Part shown: piece by piece, positions 17,603 to 26,390 of the stretch
Layout of the letters: each line of letters starts with the position of its first letter
Numbering within the stretch: position 1 is the stretch's first letter
Position numbers and translations under genes: made by a program
The notes under the pieces: model-generated
The model's input: the letters and a program-made list of their open reading frames with translations, nothing else
The model's database searches: none
Told to the model about the DNA's origin: nothing
Source: an uncultured Candidatus Micrarchaeota archaeon
GTDB taxonomy: Archaea > Micrarchaeota > Micrarchaeia > Norongarragalinales > Norongarragalinaceae
Length of the DNA stretch: 38,954 nucleotides
Assembly (NCBI GenBank): GCA_903893865.1
Contig: CAITNU010000072.1
Location: forward strand, 1 to 38,954
Direction of reading: 5' to 3'

Positions 17603-18112
17603 ATGCCCATGCTTCCTGAAGCTATTTGGCGCCGCCGACTTGAAGCCGAACACGGCGAAATGCTTGCTTCCAACGAAAAATTCGATTGCTCGAACGATTT
17701 CACTCAGTACACTGTCAGCGTGCGCGGCCCCGGGCTTTACAAAAACGGAGGCAAACTCAGCAGGCGCGACTCGCACTCGGTGCAGATTACGCTCAAGCGC
17801 GAATATCCTTACGCCGGCGGAATCGAAGTCGTCTGGCTAACGCCGATTTTTCATCCGAACATTCATCCCGGCGATGGGAAGGTCTGCATTCAACTGCTTA
17901 ACGAGTGGAGCGAGTCGCAGAACCTCGTTAGCCTCGTCAAAGCGCTTCGCCAATTACTCGTGCAGCCGAATCCTTACAACGCGCTCGACAAAGACGCAGC
18001 GGACTTTTTTGCCGACCGCTCGGAGGACGTGAATCGCGTTCTCGGAATAAACGTCAGCGCTTTCGAGGCTACGCCGCAGCCATTGAAGCCGAAGATAATC
18101 GGTAGCAAGTGA
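17603..18112 (+). CDS. Ubiquitin-conjugating enzyme E2 (UBC fold)
   Basis: RRRLEAE, EYPY, TPIFHPNI...GKVCIQLLNEWS and LLVQPNPYNALDKDAA; HPN triad and catalytic Cys present. Confidence 0.93.
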   Translation: MPMLPEAIWRRRLEAEHGEMLASNEKFDCSNDFTQYTVSVRGPGLYKNGGKLSRRDSHSVQITLKREYPYAGGIEVVWLTPIFHPNIHPGDGKVCIQLLNEWSESQNLVSLVKALRQLLVQPNPYNALDKDAADFFADRSEDVNRVLGINVSAFEATPQPLKPKIIGSK

Positions 18113-18118
18113 TTTTTT

Positions 18119-18241
18119 TTGGGGAAACCGCGAGTGGTGAAAGTCGAGGAAAAACCCGTCGTCGAGCGCGAGCCGCCGAACGAAGCGGAGTTCGATTTCA
18201 AGGAAATTTTTCTGCCGCGCAAAACCAAAGAAAAAAACTAG
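18119..18241 (+). CDS. Small 40-aa protein downstream of E2 (not in ORF track)
   Basis: TTG start 7 nt after the E2 stop: MGKPRVVKVEEKPVVEREPPNEAEFDFKEIFLPRKTKEKN*; fills the gap to the Lhr stop; host-like codon usage. Confidence 0.5.
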   Translation: MGKPRVVKVEEKPVVEREPPNEAEFDFKEIFLPRKTKEKN

Positions 18242-18259
18242 TGCGCTGCGCCGCAATCG

Positions 18260-21061
18260 TCACACTTTCCAATACCCTTTAGTGCGCAGGAAACGCTTCT
18301 GCTCTTCCAGCAAGTCTGCTACGAGTTCGTCTTCGTTGTTTTGCAAGCGGCCGAGCACTCGGCGCGCGGTTGCGGGGCCAACGCCGAAAGTTTCAAGCGC
18401 TAGCAGCCCGCGCCTGCCGTAACCGCTGAGCACGGCGAGAGCAGCATTGCCTTCCTTGAATTTGCGGCGCTCTTCGAAATCGAGTTCGCGGCCCTTCTTT
18501 TTTTTCTCGAAGATTTCGCGATAATCTTCCAGCGTCAAACGATTGGAACCGCAGTACGGGCAAAGCAAGGCAGCTTCCGCTTCCTTCACGGTTTTTCCGA
18601 ACGACTTTCCGCAGAAAGTGCAGTAAAGCCGCGGTCGTTTTTCGAGTAGCGTTTCCTTGAATGCTTGAACGACTTGGCTCGTTGGCTCGGCTGGCGCCAT
18701 TAGTTCGCCGAACGCGCCGAAATCAAAGAATTCTTGCGCGAGCGGAGACCATTTTCCTTTATCCGCGATTACGCGCACGGCGCAGTCGAATGCCGCGCTA
18801 GCGTCCGCGAAGCTGAGCTTGTCGAAGAAGACTTCAGCAAGCGTTTCCTCGAAAACAGGCGAATCCTTCAGCGCTTCCGACAGGCGGCGTACGCCTATAT
18901 CGCGGATTTCGCTTTTCTTGCTCACAACGCCGAATGCTTTCGCGACTCCGAGAAAACGCGTGCGGAAAAGCGACGTGTTGGGAACCGCGTTGCGGAGCAC
19001 CGCCGCAAGGTGCCTGCCACTTAATTCCTTGAAATACGCTGCTGCGCGAGTTGCGCCGATTTGCTTGCCGCACTCGAACATGCAACCGTAAGCGCTCGTT
19101 TTCACGCGCACGCCCGCGCCAGTCGCGGCGCTCATTAGCGCTGCGAGCGCGCGTCCGAGAGTTTCGTTTGCTTTCGTTCCAAGAAAGCAGTGCATCGCGA
19201 TTAGTTCGCGGTTGCTTTCGAAAACGATTTCGTTTGCGCTCGGAACAAAGAAATCGCTTTGTCGTAAAGCGAGTTCGCGCATTCGCTCTATCGCATCTTC
19301 GCTGCAAGCGTATTTTTCCTTCAGCTCGCTCGGCGTTATCTTTTTTTCGACGGCTTTTTCGAGGAGCGAAGCAACGCTTTGCGAGACGTCGCGCGTTATC
19401 GGAATCTCTTCCCCAACCCATTCCGGCACAGCAGCGCTTAAATCACGCGTCGGTTCGACGACGACTTCGTTTTCCGTCACGCTCAGCACTTTCCACGCCC
19501 TGCCGCGAGCGATGAATGTTGCGCCTTCGCCGAGATATTCCGCAACGAATTCCTCGTCGAGCGTGCCTACTGTCTTGCGCGTCGTCGCGTCTTTCACGAA
19601 GAATTTCTTAGTGTCGCGAATCGTGCTCACGTTCTCGTAATAGTAAAGCCGCGTTTTCGGAGTTGCGCGAAGCGTCGCGCCGTCGAACCAGACGCACCGC
19701 GCGTCGTGCAACTGCGCCGCGCATTTCGCTAGCTCGCCGATTTCGATTTCAGCGAATGGCGCGGCGCGCCGCACGATTTGCAGCGCACGCTCGAGTTTGA
19801 CTTCGCCGTTGCCGTCGAGGCAGAGTCCCGCGAGTTGGTGCGCGAGAACGTCTAATGCGTTCCTGCGGATTTCGAGCGGCTCGAGGAGTCCGCGGCGCGC
19901 CCGCTCGACGATTACTGCGGCTTCGAAGCAATCGAGCGCGTTTTCCGCGATTACGACGCCTTTCGGCGTTAAATGCTTGCGGTGGCCGCTTCGCCCCGTG
20001 CGCTGCAAAAAGCGCGTCGCCTGCCTAGGCGAAACGAATTGAATCGATAAATCGATTGCACCCACGTCGATTCCGAGTTCGAGCGAACTCGTGCAAACGA
20101 TGGCGCGCAGTTTGCTGCCGAATTTCTTGAATTCGCGTTCGGTTTCAACTCGCGCGTCTTTAGACAGAGATGAGTGGTGGACTGCGACGGAGTCGCGCAT
20201 CGCGGGCGACTCGAAAAGCATTGCGCTTAGTGATTCCGCGACGTAGCGCGTGTTCACGAAAAGCAGCGTTCGATTGTGCGATTCGATTAGCGCTTTAACT
20301 CGTTCGAGTTTCGCCTTGTTTTCGTTGCTTAATCCGATTCCTTCGAATTCGCCCGTGCTCGGAACGCTCGGGCACTCGATCGCTGCGTCTATTCTGCGTT
20401 CGAGCCCGCTTTTCACGATGACCGCATCTCGCGCGAGAAAGCGTGCGACTTCTTCTTCGTTTCCGACGGTGGCGCTGAGTCCGATGATTTGAAAACCGTT
20501 TTTCGTTTTCTCGCGCAGCCGCTGTAATCCTAACGACAGTTGGATTCCGCGCTTGCTGTCGGCGAGTTCGTGCACTTCGTCTACGACGACGAACCGCACG
20601 TTTTCAAGCGCGTTGCTGAGCACAGGCGCAACGAGCATGCTTTGAAGCGTTTCTGGAGTCGTCACGAAAATTTCTGCTGGCTTGTCGCGCTGTTTTTTGC
20701 GTTCGTTTTGAGTTGTGTCGCCGTGGCGCACCGTAATGCTTATTCCGAGGAGTGCACACCACGATTCGAGGCGTTCGAGCATGTCGCGGTTGAGCGCGCG
20801 CAACGGCGTGACGTAAAGCGCTTTGATTCCTTGTTTTTGCGGCAAACCGCCTTCAGCCTGCGCTTCCTCGTCGTGCGCGTCAAGGATTTTCGATAGAATG
20901 GGAAGAAAAGCGACTTCGCTTTTCCCGAAGCCGGTGGGCGCTATCGCGAGAACGTTTTTGCCAGCGAGCAGTAGCGGTATCGCTTTCTCCTGGATTTCAG
21001 TCCACTCGGTGAAACCTTTTGCTTTCGCGACGCGGACGACTTCGCTGCGCAGTTGAGCCAT
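18260..21061 (-). CDS. lhr: Lhr-like SF2 (DEAH) helicase
   Basis: APTGFGKS, PLRALNRD, TTPETL, DEVH, GLSAT, SSLELGIDVG and QRTGRSGH motifs; C-terminal CxxC...CPYCGS and HhH-like FGVGPATA. Confidence 0.9.
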   Translation of the reverse strand: MAQLRSEVVRVAKAKGFTEWTEIQEKAIPLLLAGKNVLAIAPTGFGKSEVAFLPILSKILDAHDEEAQAEGGLPQKQGIKALYVTPLRALNRDMLERLESWCALLGISITVRHGDTTQNERKKQRDKPAEIFVTTPETLQSMLVAPVLSNALENVRFVVVDEVHELADSKRGIQLSLGLQRLREKTKNGFQIIGLSATVGNEEEVARFLARDAVIVKSGLERRIDAAIECPSVPSTGEFEGIGLSNENKAKLERVKALIESHNRTLLFVNTRYVAESLSAMLFESPAMRDSVAVHHSSLSKDARVETEREFKKFGSKLRAIVCTSSLELGIDVGAIDLSIQFVSPRQATRFLQRTGRSGHRKHLTPKGVVIAENALDCFEAAVIVERARRGLLEPLEIRRNALDVLAHQLAGLCLDGNGEVKLERALQIVRRAAPFAEIEIGELAKCAAQLHDARCVWFDGATLRATPKTRLYYYENVSTIRDTKKFFVKDATTRKTVGTLDEEFVAEYLGEGATFIARGRAWKVLSVTENEVVVEPTRDLSAAVPEWVGEEIPITRDVSQSVASLLEKAVEKKITPSELKEKYACSEDAIERMRELALRQSDFFVPSANEIVFESNRELIAMHCFLGTKANETLGRALAALMSAATGAGVRVKTSAYGCMFECGKQIGATRAAAYFKELSGRHLAAVLRNAVPNTSLFRTRFLGVAKAFGVVSKKSEIRDIGVRRLSEALKDSPVFEETLAEVFFDKLSFADASAAFDCAVRVIADKGKWSPLAQEFFDFGAFGELMAPAEPTSQVVQAFKETLLEKRPRLYCTFCGKSFGKTVKEAEAALLCPYCGSNRLTLEDYREIFEKKKKGRELDFEERRKFKEGNAALAVLSGYGRRGLLALETFGVGPATARRVLGRLQNNEDELVADLLEEQKRFLRTKGYWKV

Positions 21062-21119
21062 GGAACGTAAGAAAACGCGGAGCCGCGCTTTATTGTTTTC
21101 GCTGCCTTGCTTCCGGTGA

Positions 21120-21629
21120 TTATTTTTGAGCGATAGGTTTCGGCGCCTCGAGTTTCGGCGCGAACAGGTGAAGCGAGCCTTCCTCTGGCTTCACGATGAT
21201 TTTTTTAGTTTTCCTGTCGGGCTTCAATTCGATATCGAGAATATTGAAATCAATAAGTCTGTTGACGAACGTGCGTCCTTGTTTTGTTAAAAACTCCGGC
21301 GCTGGCTTGTAAGCGAGTTGTTTTATTTTTAGTGAATAAAGCGCTTGCCTAACCAGTTCCTCGCCTGGCGGGATTCCATATTTTTTGTAGAAGTTTTTGT
21401 CCTGCAACGCGACAATTTGTTTTATTTCGCCGTTAGAATCAAAGCGGATTCCGCCGAAGACTTCATTACCTCGCATCAAGTACAGGCCTTTCGATCCAGT
21501 GATGTAAGCTCGGCCGTACTTCTCGACTTTCCATAAAAGTCTTTTTTCAAGCGCGTTGACTTGTTTTTTTTCTTGGCTGGTCAAACTGTCTCGCAAAACA
21601 ACTCGGTATTCCTGCAAGTCAACACCCAT
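21120..21629 (-). CDS. Hypothetical protein (possible degenerate GNAT fold)
   Basis: 169-aa AT-rich ORF; weak GNAT-like pattern (EIKQIV...G..GEELVRQAL...LTKQGRTFV). Confidence 0.5.
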   Translation of the reverse strand: MGVDLQEYRVVLRDSLTSQEKKQVNALEKRLLWKVEKYGRAYITGSKGLYLMRGNEVFGGIRFDSNGEIKQIVALQDKNFYKKYGIPPGEELVRQALYSLKIKQLAYKPAPEFLTKQGRTFVNRLIDFNILDIELKPDRKTKKIIVKPEEGSLHLFAPKLEAPKPIAQK

Positions 21630-21729
21630 TCTTTTAGCGAGAACGAAGTCTTTAATTCTTGCGCCAATCCAGCGCTCCTAAAAAACTACTTAAAACCGAG
21701 TAACGTAACGGTAAGCGTGAAAGCGTAAC

Positions 21730-22416
21730 GTGAAACCCTCAAAACTCCATCTGCTTGCCGAGCTATGCAAGCGCGGCGCCAGCGCCGCGCCAGTCCGCGC
21801 TACGACGATTGACCTCGCTCGTTCGCTCGGCGCGTCGCAGCAAACGGTTTCGCGCTGGCTCGCCGAACTCGAGCGCGAAGCGCTCGTCGAACGCCGCGGC
21901 AAAAACGTGGCGTTTTCGCGTCAAGGTCGTGCGGAAATTGAGGGGCTCGTGCAAGCGCTCGGGAAAACGCGCGAACCAACGTCCAAACCGAAGAAAGAAA
22001 AACTCGTTTTGCGCGGCGTAGTCGTGAAAGGCTTAGGCGAAGGCGCGAAATTCTTGTCGTTGCCAGGTTATTCTCGCCAACTGTCCGCGGTGTTGGGTTG
22101 GAAGCCGTTTCCAGGAACGCTGAACTTGAAGCTCGACGCGGAGAGCTCGAAAGTCAAGAAGAGTCTTGAATCGATGGATGGCGTTAGCGTCAAGAGTTTC
22201 GTTGAGGGCAACAAGCGCTTCGGGAGCGTCAAACTTTTTCAGTGCGTGATTAAAGCGAACAAAAGGGAAGCGCGAGGCGCGGTGATTCTACCCGAGGAAT
22301 CTTTTTACGGCGAGAGCGTGCTGGAAGTAATTGCGCCGTTTAACTTGCGGAAAAAACTGGCGCTGAAGAATCGTGTTCTGATTAAAATTAGCGTTTGCGC
22401 TGTTCAATCATTCTAG
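21730..22416 (+). CDS. ribK: CTP-dependent riboflavin kinase with N-terminal HTH (RbkR-like)
   Basis: SQQTVSRWLAELE HTH; GVVVKGLGEGAKF, PFPGTLNL and LEVIAPFNLR motifs. Confidence 0.9.
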   Translation: MKPSKLHLLAELCKRGASAAPVRATTIDLARSLGASQQTVSRWLAELEREALVERRGKNVAFSRQGRAEIEGLVQALGKTREPTSKPKKEKLVLRGVVVKGLGEGAKFLSLPGYSRQLSAVLGWKPFPGTLNLKLDAESSKVKKSLESMDGVSVKSFVEGNKRFGSVKLFQCVIKANKREARGAVILPEESFYGESVLEVIAPFNLRKKLALKNRVLIKISVCAVQSF

Positions 22417-22762
22417 TGACTTGATTTGGTTTCAAAATAGTGCCCAGTCGTGCTCCTCGAATTTTTTCGCTCAGTTGAGTAGGCAAGTCTGTATGGTGCG
22501 TAAACCCGATCACGGTTATTTTGCTTCCAGTCGAAGAAAAGTGTACGGTTCTGTTGTTTTTCAAAAACTTTTTCTTAATCCACCGAATGTCTTCCTGCTT
22601 TAACGGAGTTTTAGGTTCGTGAGTCAATGTTAATTTTAGTGCGCGTCCGTTCGCGAGTTCAGTAATTTTGAATTGCGGCGTGAATTTGCCACCGTACCCG
22701 GTTTTCAGTAATCCGCTTACTTTCAACATGCCGTCTATAACCGGAATGCCTGAAATGCCCAT
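22388..22762 (-). CDS. Hypothetical protein (AT-richer orphan)
   Basis: ORF with ATG after a GGGAGG SD (MGISGIP...). Confidence 0.55.
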   Translation of the reverse strand: MGISGIPVIDGMLKVSGLLKTGYGGKFTPQFKITELANGRALKLTLTHEPKTPLKQEDIRWIKKKFLKNNRTVHFSSTGSKITVIGFTHHTDLPTQLSEKIRGARLGTILKPNQVTRMIEQRKR

Positions 22763-22938
22763 GGTTTCTCCCTCCCAAACGTTTACGCAATGCATTATGA
22801 CTTGCAACAGTTTAAAACAATTTCCTTTCGAGTATTTGTGCCAAAGAAGATTTCGCCCGTCACTTTCAACTACTCGTTTTCGCGTAATTCGTTAATACTT
22901 GCGGCAGATTTTAAACCATATTTTTTCTTAATTCTAAC

Positions 22939-23778
22939 GTGAAGGTTTACAAGCTCGTTGCGTCAGCGCTGCTCGCGGGACTCGCCATATTCTTCCAGTT
23001 CTACAACGGCGTGCTCGGCGTGCAAACCGGTTTCGGTATGACCGTCGATTTAGCCGCGCTACCCGTCTTAATCGCGCTCTTCGTTCTCGGCTTCGAGTAC
23101 GCGTTCGAAACGCTCCTCGTCTTAACGCTCGCAATCGCGCTAATCGCGGAAACCGGTTACATCGGAGCGATAACGAAGTTCGCTGCGACGCTGCCCATGA
23201 TTGCTTTGCCAGCGCTTTACGTCGTCGCCTTCAAGAAAAAGCTCGATTTCGCGCGCGTTCTCGCGCTCGTGCTCCTCGGCTCGCTCGCCGTCGTAGCGAT
23301 CTTCGCTTTGCTCTCATACCCGTCGCTCTTCGCTTCAACGAATTTCGGCGGCATTCCGCTCGCGGGCGTTTATCTAATCGGCTTGCTGCCAGTCGCTTTG
23401 ATGGCGCTCGTTTCGCTCGCGCTTTACGCTTTTCTCGCGAAAGACGCGGAAGCGGACGCGTTGATGAAGCTCTCTAGCGTCAAGCACGCGGTGTTCGTGC
23501 TCGTTCTCGCTCTCGCAATCCGCGGAATTTCAATGGTAATCGCTAACGCTTTCTTTGCGGGACCGCTTTTCTTCAAGCTCTCGCCGCAGCAATTCATTTC
23601 GTTTCTTGAATCGCTTAATTTGCCTTTGTTCGGTACAGGCAGCGCTTGGTTTGCCGTGATTTTCTTTTGGAATGTGGTGCAAGGCGCGCTTGAATTCGGC
23701 CTCGCATGGCTAATCGCTTACAAGTTCGCTTTCGCCAAGCGCTACGGCGGCTTGCCGGGCGTGCCGACCGCCGCTTGA
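22939..23778 (+). CDS. ECF transporter S-component-like membrane protein
   Basis: Multi-TM protein; 'MTVDLAALPVLIALFVLG' resembles the S-component 'D.s.ip.l.a....G' pattern; upstream of EcfA/EcfT. Confidence 0.7.
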   Translation: MKVYKLVASALLAGLAIFFQFYNGVLGVQTGFGMTVDLAALPVLIALFVLGFEYAFETLLVLTLAIALIAETGYIGAITKFAATLPMIALPALYVVAFKKKLDFARVLALVLLGSLAVVAIFALLSYPSLFASTNFGGIPLAGVYLIGLLPVALMALVSLALYAFLAKDAEADALMKLSSVKHAVFVLVLALAIRGISMVIANAFFAGPLFFKLSPQQFISFLESLNLPLFGTGSAWFAVIFFWNVVQGALEFGLAWLIAYKFAFAKRYGGLPGVPTAA

Positions 23779-23800
23779 TTGAACGGATGAGGTTTTTCGA

Positions 23801-24547
23801 TTGAGCGATAACACAGTGGAATTAACCGACGTCAGTTTTTCTTACGCTGGCGCTCCAGCGCGGTCGCGCGCTCTCGACGGCGTTTCGTTGGAAATCAAAC
23901 GCGGCGAATTCGTCGCGCTTATGGGTCGCACAGGCTGCGGAAAAACAACGCTGCTGCTCACACTCAACGGCGTTATTCCCAAAACAATCGGCGGCGCGTT
24001 CGCGGGGCAAGTGCGCGTATTCGGGGAAGACGTTGCTGGCCGCAGCGTCGCGCAAATGAGCGAGCGAGTTGCATTCGTTTTTCAGGACGCGAACGACCAA
24101 CTTTTTTGCGAAACAGCGCGAGAAGAAATCGCTTTCGGCTTGCGCTTGCGCGGCGCAAGCGAGAACGAAATCAGCAAGCGCGTTTCCGAATCGCTTGGCC
24201 GCGTAGGCTTGCGCGGCTTCGAGGAACGCGACCCGTTCTCTCTCTCCCAAGGGCAAAAACAAAAGCTCTGCCTCGCCACCGCGATAGCGAGCGGCGCGCC
24301 GCTGGTTGCGTTAGACGAACCGATAGCAAGCCTTGACTACGAGAACGCGAAACACGTTTACGAAATTTTGAGTGCGTTGAAACGAAGCGGGAAAACAATC
24401 GTCGCTGTCGAGCACGACGCGGAGTTCGCAGCCAAACACACGGACCGAGTAATCGTCATCGAAGATGGCGCGATTGCGGAAGACGGTGGCGCCTCGCTCT
24501 TGAAATCTAAGCGCGTCGAACGCTACGGAATAAAACGCTTGAAATGA
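23801..24547 (+). CDS. ECF transporter ATPase (EcfA/CbiO)
   Basis: GRTGCGKTT, VFQDANDQLF, LSQGQKQK, LDEP and VEHD motifs. Confidence 0.9.
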   Translation: MSDNTVELTDVSFSYAGAPARSRALDGVSLEIKRGEFVALMGRTGCGKTTLLLTLNGVIPKTIGGAFAGQVRVFGEDVAGRSVAQMSERVAFVFQDANDQLFCETAREEIAFGLRLRGASENEISKRVSESLGRVGLRGFEERDPFSLSQGQKQKLCLATAIASGAPLVALDEPIASLDYENAKHVYEILSALKRSGKTIVAVEHDAEFAAKHTDRVIVIEDGAIAEDGGASLLKSKRVERYGIKRLK

Positions 24548-25158
24548 ATGACGCTGAAGTGAATTCAATGCTTAAATATTTTCCCGCGCAAAGCCTGCTG
24601 CATTCCCTTGACGCGAGAGCGAAAATCATCGCGCTGATTGCGCTGACTGCGCTCTTCGTCTTCCTTCCCCTCGCGTATTCGGCTCTCGCGCTTCCTTTCG
24701 CGCTCGCGCTTTGGGTTACGTCGCGAATTCCTTTGCGCAAAATTCTCGAGCAAAAGTTTCTGCTCCTCGTCGCGTTGGCGCCGTTCGTTTTCCGCCTCGC
24801 TTACGAAAAAAGTTTTTACGTCGGCGCGCTAGCCGGCGCGTTCAACGCCTGCTACGCGCTCGGGATCATTCTGCTCGCTGAGTTGTTCGTTTTCACGACG
24901 CGAAACGCCGACGCGCGGCGCGCGTTATTGTTTTTTCGAGTGCCGAAACGCGTCGCATTCGAGTTCGCGCTCGCGTTGCAGGCGCTGCCGCTGTTGCAGG
25001 AAAAAGTTTTGCGCGTGCGAATCGCGCAGCAATCGCGCGGCGGCCGCACGCGCGACTCTTTCGCGCTGCTTAATCCAGTTTTGCACGGCATTTTTTTGCG
25101 CGCGCGCAAGCTTGCGATCGCGCTCGAGAGCCGCGGCTTTGACGCCGAACGGCTTTGA
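24544..25158 (+). CDS. ECF transporter transmembrane component T
   Basis: LDARAKI; AQQSRG and ALESRGF (two conserved xRG motifs). Confidence 0.88.
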   Translation: MNDAEVNSMLKYFPAQSLLHSLDARAKIIALIALTALFVFLPLAYSALALPFALALWVTSRIPLRKILEQKFLLLVALAPFVFRLAYEKSFYVGALAGAFNACYALGIILLAELFVFTTRNADARRALLFFRVPKRVAFEFALALQALPLLQEKVLRVRIAQQSRGGRTRDSFALLNPVLHGIFLRARKLAIALESRGFDAERL

Positions 25159-25717
25159 AAACAATAGGCGCATGCCACGTTTTCCGAAATAGGCTGTTTT
25201 TTGCGCCTCGGATTTTTTTCTCGAGCAGTTTCTCCAATTTTTTATTTTTCAAAAACCGAAATAGGCAGGAAAACGATTTGAGCGCGATTTAAGCCGTTTT
25301 TTTATTTTTTTATTAGCTGAAAAACGAAAAAAGCGGAAAAAACAGAAAAAAATTAAAAGCGCGCTGAAAAAATGCGAAAACGCGGTTTTTTGCGCGATCG
25401 CTCCCGGACCAGCGTGCAAAACGTCAGATATAGGCAGGTTTTGCTTTCAGCGACTGAATTTTTTATAAAACTAATTGTTTTCCAATAGTTTTTGATTGTT
25501 TTACTGAAAAAATTTTTGTTTTTCAGCAGGCCGGTTTCAGTACGCTTCAATCGCTTTTTGAAATTTTTTTCCAGATAGTGCTCCAGTTGTGCACTAGTTT
25601 TTAGTATACTTAGTTAGCTGCGTTAATTTTGTTAATCTCGTATGCGAGAGAAAACATTTATAAACAATCTCTACTTAGTAAACAAAGTTAATTTATTTGC
25701 CGCTGGCGGTGGTTCAT
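25159..25717. promoter_or_regulatory. Long AT-rich intergenic region with repeated AATAGGC(AGG) motifs
   Basis: About 560 bp with poly-A/T tracts; CCGAAATAGGC at 25184 and 25256, ATAGGCAGG at 25261 and 25430. Confidence 0.45.
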
Positions 25718-26041
25718 ATGAATACGAAGTTGATTCGAGTGGATGAAGAAGTGTTTGAAGAGCTTCACACGCTCGCCGGAAAACTGCAAATGCGCGAGGG
25801 AAGGCGCATAAGTGTCAACGCGGCCTTGCGCTCGCTTTTGTTTACGAAAAGCGAGCGAAAATTCGAAGAAAAAACGCCTGAAATTCATTCCGATATGAAC
25901 TTGAAAAAAAGCGTTTCTGCTTCCAAAACTTCTAAAAAAATCAAAAAATCCGGCAAGAAACTCGTCGCGGGCGAAGCGAACGTCAGTCTCGATCCCATGC
26001 GTCGTTTTTCGCTCAAGCACAAGAAATTCGTCGCGGAGTAA
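25718..26041 (+). CDS. Small ribbon-helix-helix/antitoxin-like DNA-binding protein
   Basis: MNTKLIRVDEEVFEELHTL...RISVNAALRSLL: beta-strand plus two helices pattern, followed by a basic tail. Confidence 0.6.
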   Translation: MNTKLIRVDEEVFEELHTLAGKLQMREGRRISVNAALRSLLFTKSERKFEEKTPEIHSDMNLKKSVSASKTSKKIKKSGKKLVAGEANVSLDPMRRFSLKHKKFVAE

Positions 26042-26095
26042 CGAGTTTCAGAGCGAGCAAAAGAGTTTTTAACTCGCGTCGGCGTAAAAAGGAGC

Positions 26096-26365
26096 ATGGC
26101 GGACTCAATAAAAAAATTCATCGGCAGCATTCTCGACCGCGCGAAAGGCGGCTTGCGCCGCTTCGTCGCTTTCTCCATGATAATGTTTTTCATCGGAACC
26201 GTATTCGGCTTCTTCATTCTGGCTCTCGCAGAAAAAACCAGCGTACCTGCGACGTATTGGCTCATGGTTCCTATTGTTCTCGCGCTATTGGCGTACGCTT
26301 CGAGTGAAATCGCTTTCGTATTGTTCATTCTCATGCTCGGCCTAATGCTCGTCGTATTCCTTTGA
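26096..26365 (+). CDS. Small membrane protein
   Basis: 89 aa, about three hydrophobic segments; AGGAG SD. Confidence 0.75.
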   Translation: MADSIKKFIGSILDRAKGGLRRFVAFSMIMFFIGTVFGFFILALAEKTSVPATYWLMVPIVLALLAYASSEIAFVLFILMLGLMLVVFL

Positions 26366-26390
26366 CAATTCAGTTTTCGGAGGTTTTTTA

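Noticed and set aside
25159-25717. CRISPR array or canonical ORB-containing oriC
   Set aside because: No regularly spaced 25-40 bp repeats; no clear TCCA-N-TGGAAA plus G-string ORB and no cdc6/orc1 gene in the window.
25718-26365. Toxin-antitoxin pair
   Set aside because: The RHH-like gene is followed by a small membrane protein, not a recognisable PIN/RelE-type toxin.
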